From the sequence record LC680884.1: 64,000 nucleotides of DNA, one strand, 5' to 3'. Positions 62,505-64,000 of the stretch are shown here, piece after piece. The notes below the pieces were generated by a model. The model was not told the DNA's origin. It did not search any database and saw only the letters and a program-made list of their open reading frames with translations. The number at the start of each line of letters is the position of its first letter. Positions within the stretch are counted from its first letter, which is position 1. The position numbers were made by a program, and so were the translations under genes.

Positions 62505-63018
62505 ATTGAGACTCTAACTTTCTTTCATCAAATTTATATAATGTCACATCATAATCATCAAAAACATCATTAATTATTTTTCTAACTTTTATCCAATCTC
62601 CTCCACCTCTTCCACAACCAATTTTATATGGAAGTGCTATAGATAAATTATGAGGTTTTGCAAATTCCTTTAGCGTTATTAAGCATTCTTTTAAATAAGA
62701 ATATCGTGTATATCTCCCCTTATTACCATATCCAAATTGTGAAAATAGATTTACAAAATATTTTGTACTATTATAAGTAAATAAATCATCTTCTTCACTA
62801 AAAGGAGACTTACGAGATACAAGAATAATTTGACATTCACCAAGTAGATTTTCCGGCTTTGTTGACTTACAAATTTCTTTATATTTTTTAAGAATAAGAG
62901 GATGTTTTTTAGCAATCTGTAACGCAATACCAGATCTCATAACTCCCTGACAATTTACTTGGTGCGCAATTATATTTTTCTCAGCTTCAAGCAAGTTACC
63001 TTCTTTCTCAATTATCAT
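62491..63018 (-). CDS. Macrodomain protein (DarG/TARG1-like ADP-ribose hydrolase)
   Basis: EGNLL..IIAHQVNCQGVMRSGIA, FVNLFSQ, IALPYKIGCGRGGGDW. Confidence 0.9.
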   Translation of the reverse strand: MIIEKEGNLLEAEKNIIAHQVNCQGVMRSGIALQIAKKHPLILKKYKEICKSTKPENLLGECQIILVSRKSPFSEEDDLFTYNSTKYFVNLFSQFGYGNKGRYTRYSYLKECLITLKEFAKPHNLSIALPYKIGCGRGGGDWIKVRKIINDVFDDYDVTLYKFDERKLESQYGKR

Positions 63019-63100
63019 TTTTCTTCCTCCTATTTTAAAGAATATAAGTGTAATGATTTCTAATAAATATTAATGTGAACCCTTCCTAGTTCATGTAATA

Positions 63101-63508
63101 TTATAAAATTTCATTGATATTTCTATAGTGAATAGATGGAACAAATTTATCTTCTGATGGAAAGATATACTTTTTATTAGAATTCTTCATTACAGGTTCT
63201 AGTTCATAAAACATTGAAAGTCGTGAAATATTAGGAGTAACTTTAAAATGTGAAATATCTTTAAATTCTGGATGATTAATTACAATATTAGCAAATGATA
63301 AAGCATCTTCACTACTTGAGAAGACCATTACCTCTCCTTTTTCTAGATGATCTAAATATACTTTAACCATCTCATCAACTTCCATAATATCTTTTTCTTC
63401 TAATTCATATGTATCTAAAATTTTCTTTTTAACATATTCTAACTGAATTTCTTCTACGGTTACTTCTTCATTTTCTGTTTTTCTTTTAAATTCTACTACA
63501 TTCCCCAT
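63101..63508 (-). CDS. Hypothetical protein
   Basis: 135 aa, SD GAGAGG. Confidence 0.7.
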   Translation of the reverse strand: MGNVVEFKRKTENEEVTVEEIQLEYVKKKILDTYELEEKDIMEVDEMVKVYLDHLEKGEVMVFSSSEDALSFANIVINHPEFKDISHFKVTPNISRLSMFYELEPVMKNSNKKYIFPSEDKFVPSIHYRNINEIL

Positions 63509-63644
63509 AAAATATCTCTTCCTCTCAAAATTATGTCTTTTTTATTACAGGAAATAAACATATTAATAATGTCCTCCTGTAATTTTAATAGCGTATAATA
63601 GATGTGAAACTGGCACACATCTATTATACGTCTCTTATTATGAT

Positions 63645-63830
63645 TTATATTTGTTCATTATAAATTTCTCTAGTTATATCTTGAACTAATTTTGTGTCAT
63701 ATTGACCATCTAACTTAATTAAAACAGCTTCTAGAATCTTCTTAAAATTACGAATACCAAAAGTAAAATGGGTAAAGATAGTATTATCAGCAACCCATCT
63801 AATTTCTTTTTCTATTTCATTCACTCCCAT
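63645..63830 (-). CDS. Hypothetical protein
   Basis: 61 aa, coupled to the upstream stop codon. Confidence 0.65.
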   Translation of the reverse strand: MGVNEIEKEIRWVADNTIFTHFTFGIRNFKKILEAVLIKLDGQYDTKLVQDITREIYNEQI

Positions 63831-64000
63831 TATTTTTCATCCTCTACTTTTCCATTTAGTTTATTTTCCCATTCTTCTTCTACATCATCAATAGAAAGAC
63901 CGAGACATGTAAATAAAGATTTAAGAATCTTACTTGTACCTGACTCTACATCTGAAAGATCAATATTGGTATCAAATGGATTTCCAGTTAATAATTGCAT
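63830..64000 (-). CDS. rpoB: 3' end of the non-virion RNAP beta subunit C-terminal half (partial, AR9 gp089-like)
   Basis: Open frame from the window edge: QLLTGNPFDTNIDLSDVESGTSKILKSLFTCLGLSIDD..EDEK-stop, resembling the beta C-terminal PESFxVLxKELxSLGL. Gene count back from the gp105-like gene also fits. Confidence 0.75.
   Translation of the reverse strand: MQLLTGNPFDTNIDLSDVESGTSKILKSLFTCLGLSIDDVEEEWENKLNGKVEDEK

Noticed and set aside
1-64000. Nucleus-shell or PhuZ tubulin genes, tRNAs, rRNAs and Cas genes
   Set aside because: No recognisable motifs in this window; absence here says nothing about the rest of the genome.

Overview
AT-rich window from a phiKZ-related Bacillus jumbo myophage of the PBS1/PBS2/AR9 group, whose members carry uracil instead of thymine. 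The assignment rests on an 84-aa ORF I recognise as Ugi (55568..55822) and on split beta/beta-prime RNA polymerase genes that match my recollection of AR9 nvRNAP gp154, gp105 and the end of gp089. If so, the window runs opposite to AR9 gene numbering; I cannot tell AR9 from PBS1. The U-DNA chemistry is prior knowledge and is not visible in the text. Contents: three non-virion RNAP fragments (one partial); a virion-RNAP beta-prime N gene split by one group II and one group I intron, each carrying a zinc-ribbon/EDxHD endonuclease; a probable extra C-terminal beta-prime fragment; a two-gene family B DNA polymerase; SF2 helicase; SbcC/Rad50; NAD ligase; HU; PC4-like and SSB-like proteins; NADAR; macrodomain; HhH-GPD glycosylase; and head and tail genes (portal, tube, sheath, large terminase with four ORF-less group I introns, capsid, prohead protease with one group I intron, neck). 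I reconstructed all seven introns by hand, with splice junctions restoring catalytic motifs; the ORF track fragments these genes. AACA-N6-TR late promoters, TATATTAT-type early motifs and many palindromic terminators can be read directly. Best leads: (1) an RT-less group II intron carrying a DNA endonuclease; (2) one group I core copied into six catalytic-motif sites; (3) a sigma4-alphaCTD fusion in a phage whose RNAPs have no alpha subunit; (4) an HhH-GPD glycosylase, a NADAR and a macrodomain in a thymine-free genome; (5) a dTMPase candidate; (6) a sliding-clamp candidate; (7) an unannotated structured transcript at 21.6-22.0 kb. No tRNA, rRNA or CRISPR array was found. Family calls come from motif reading, not database searches.
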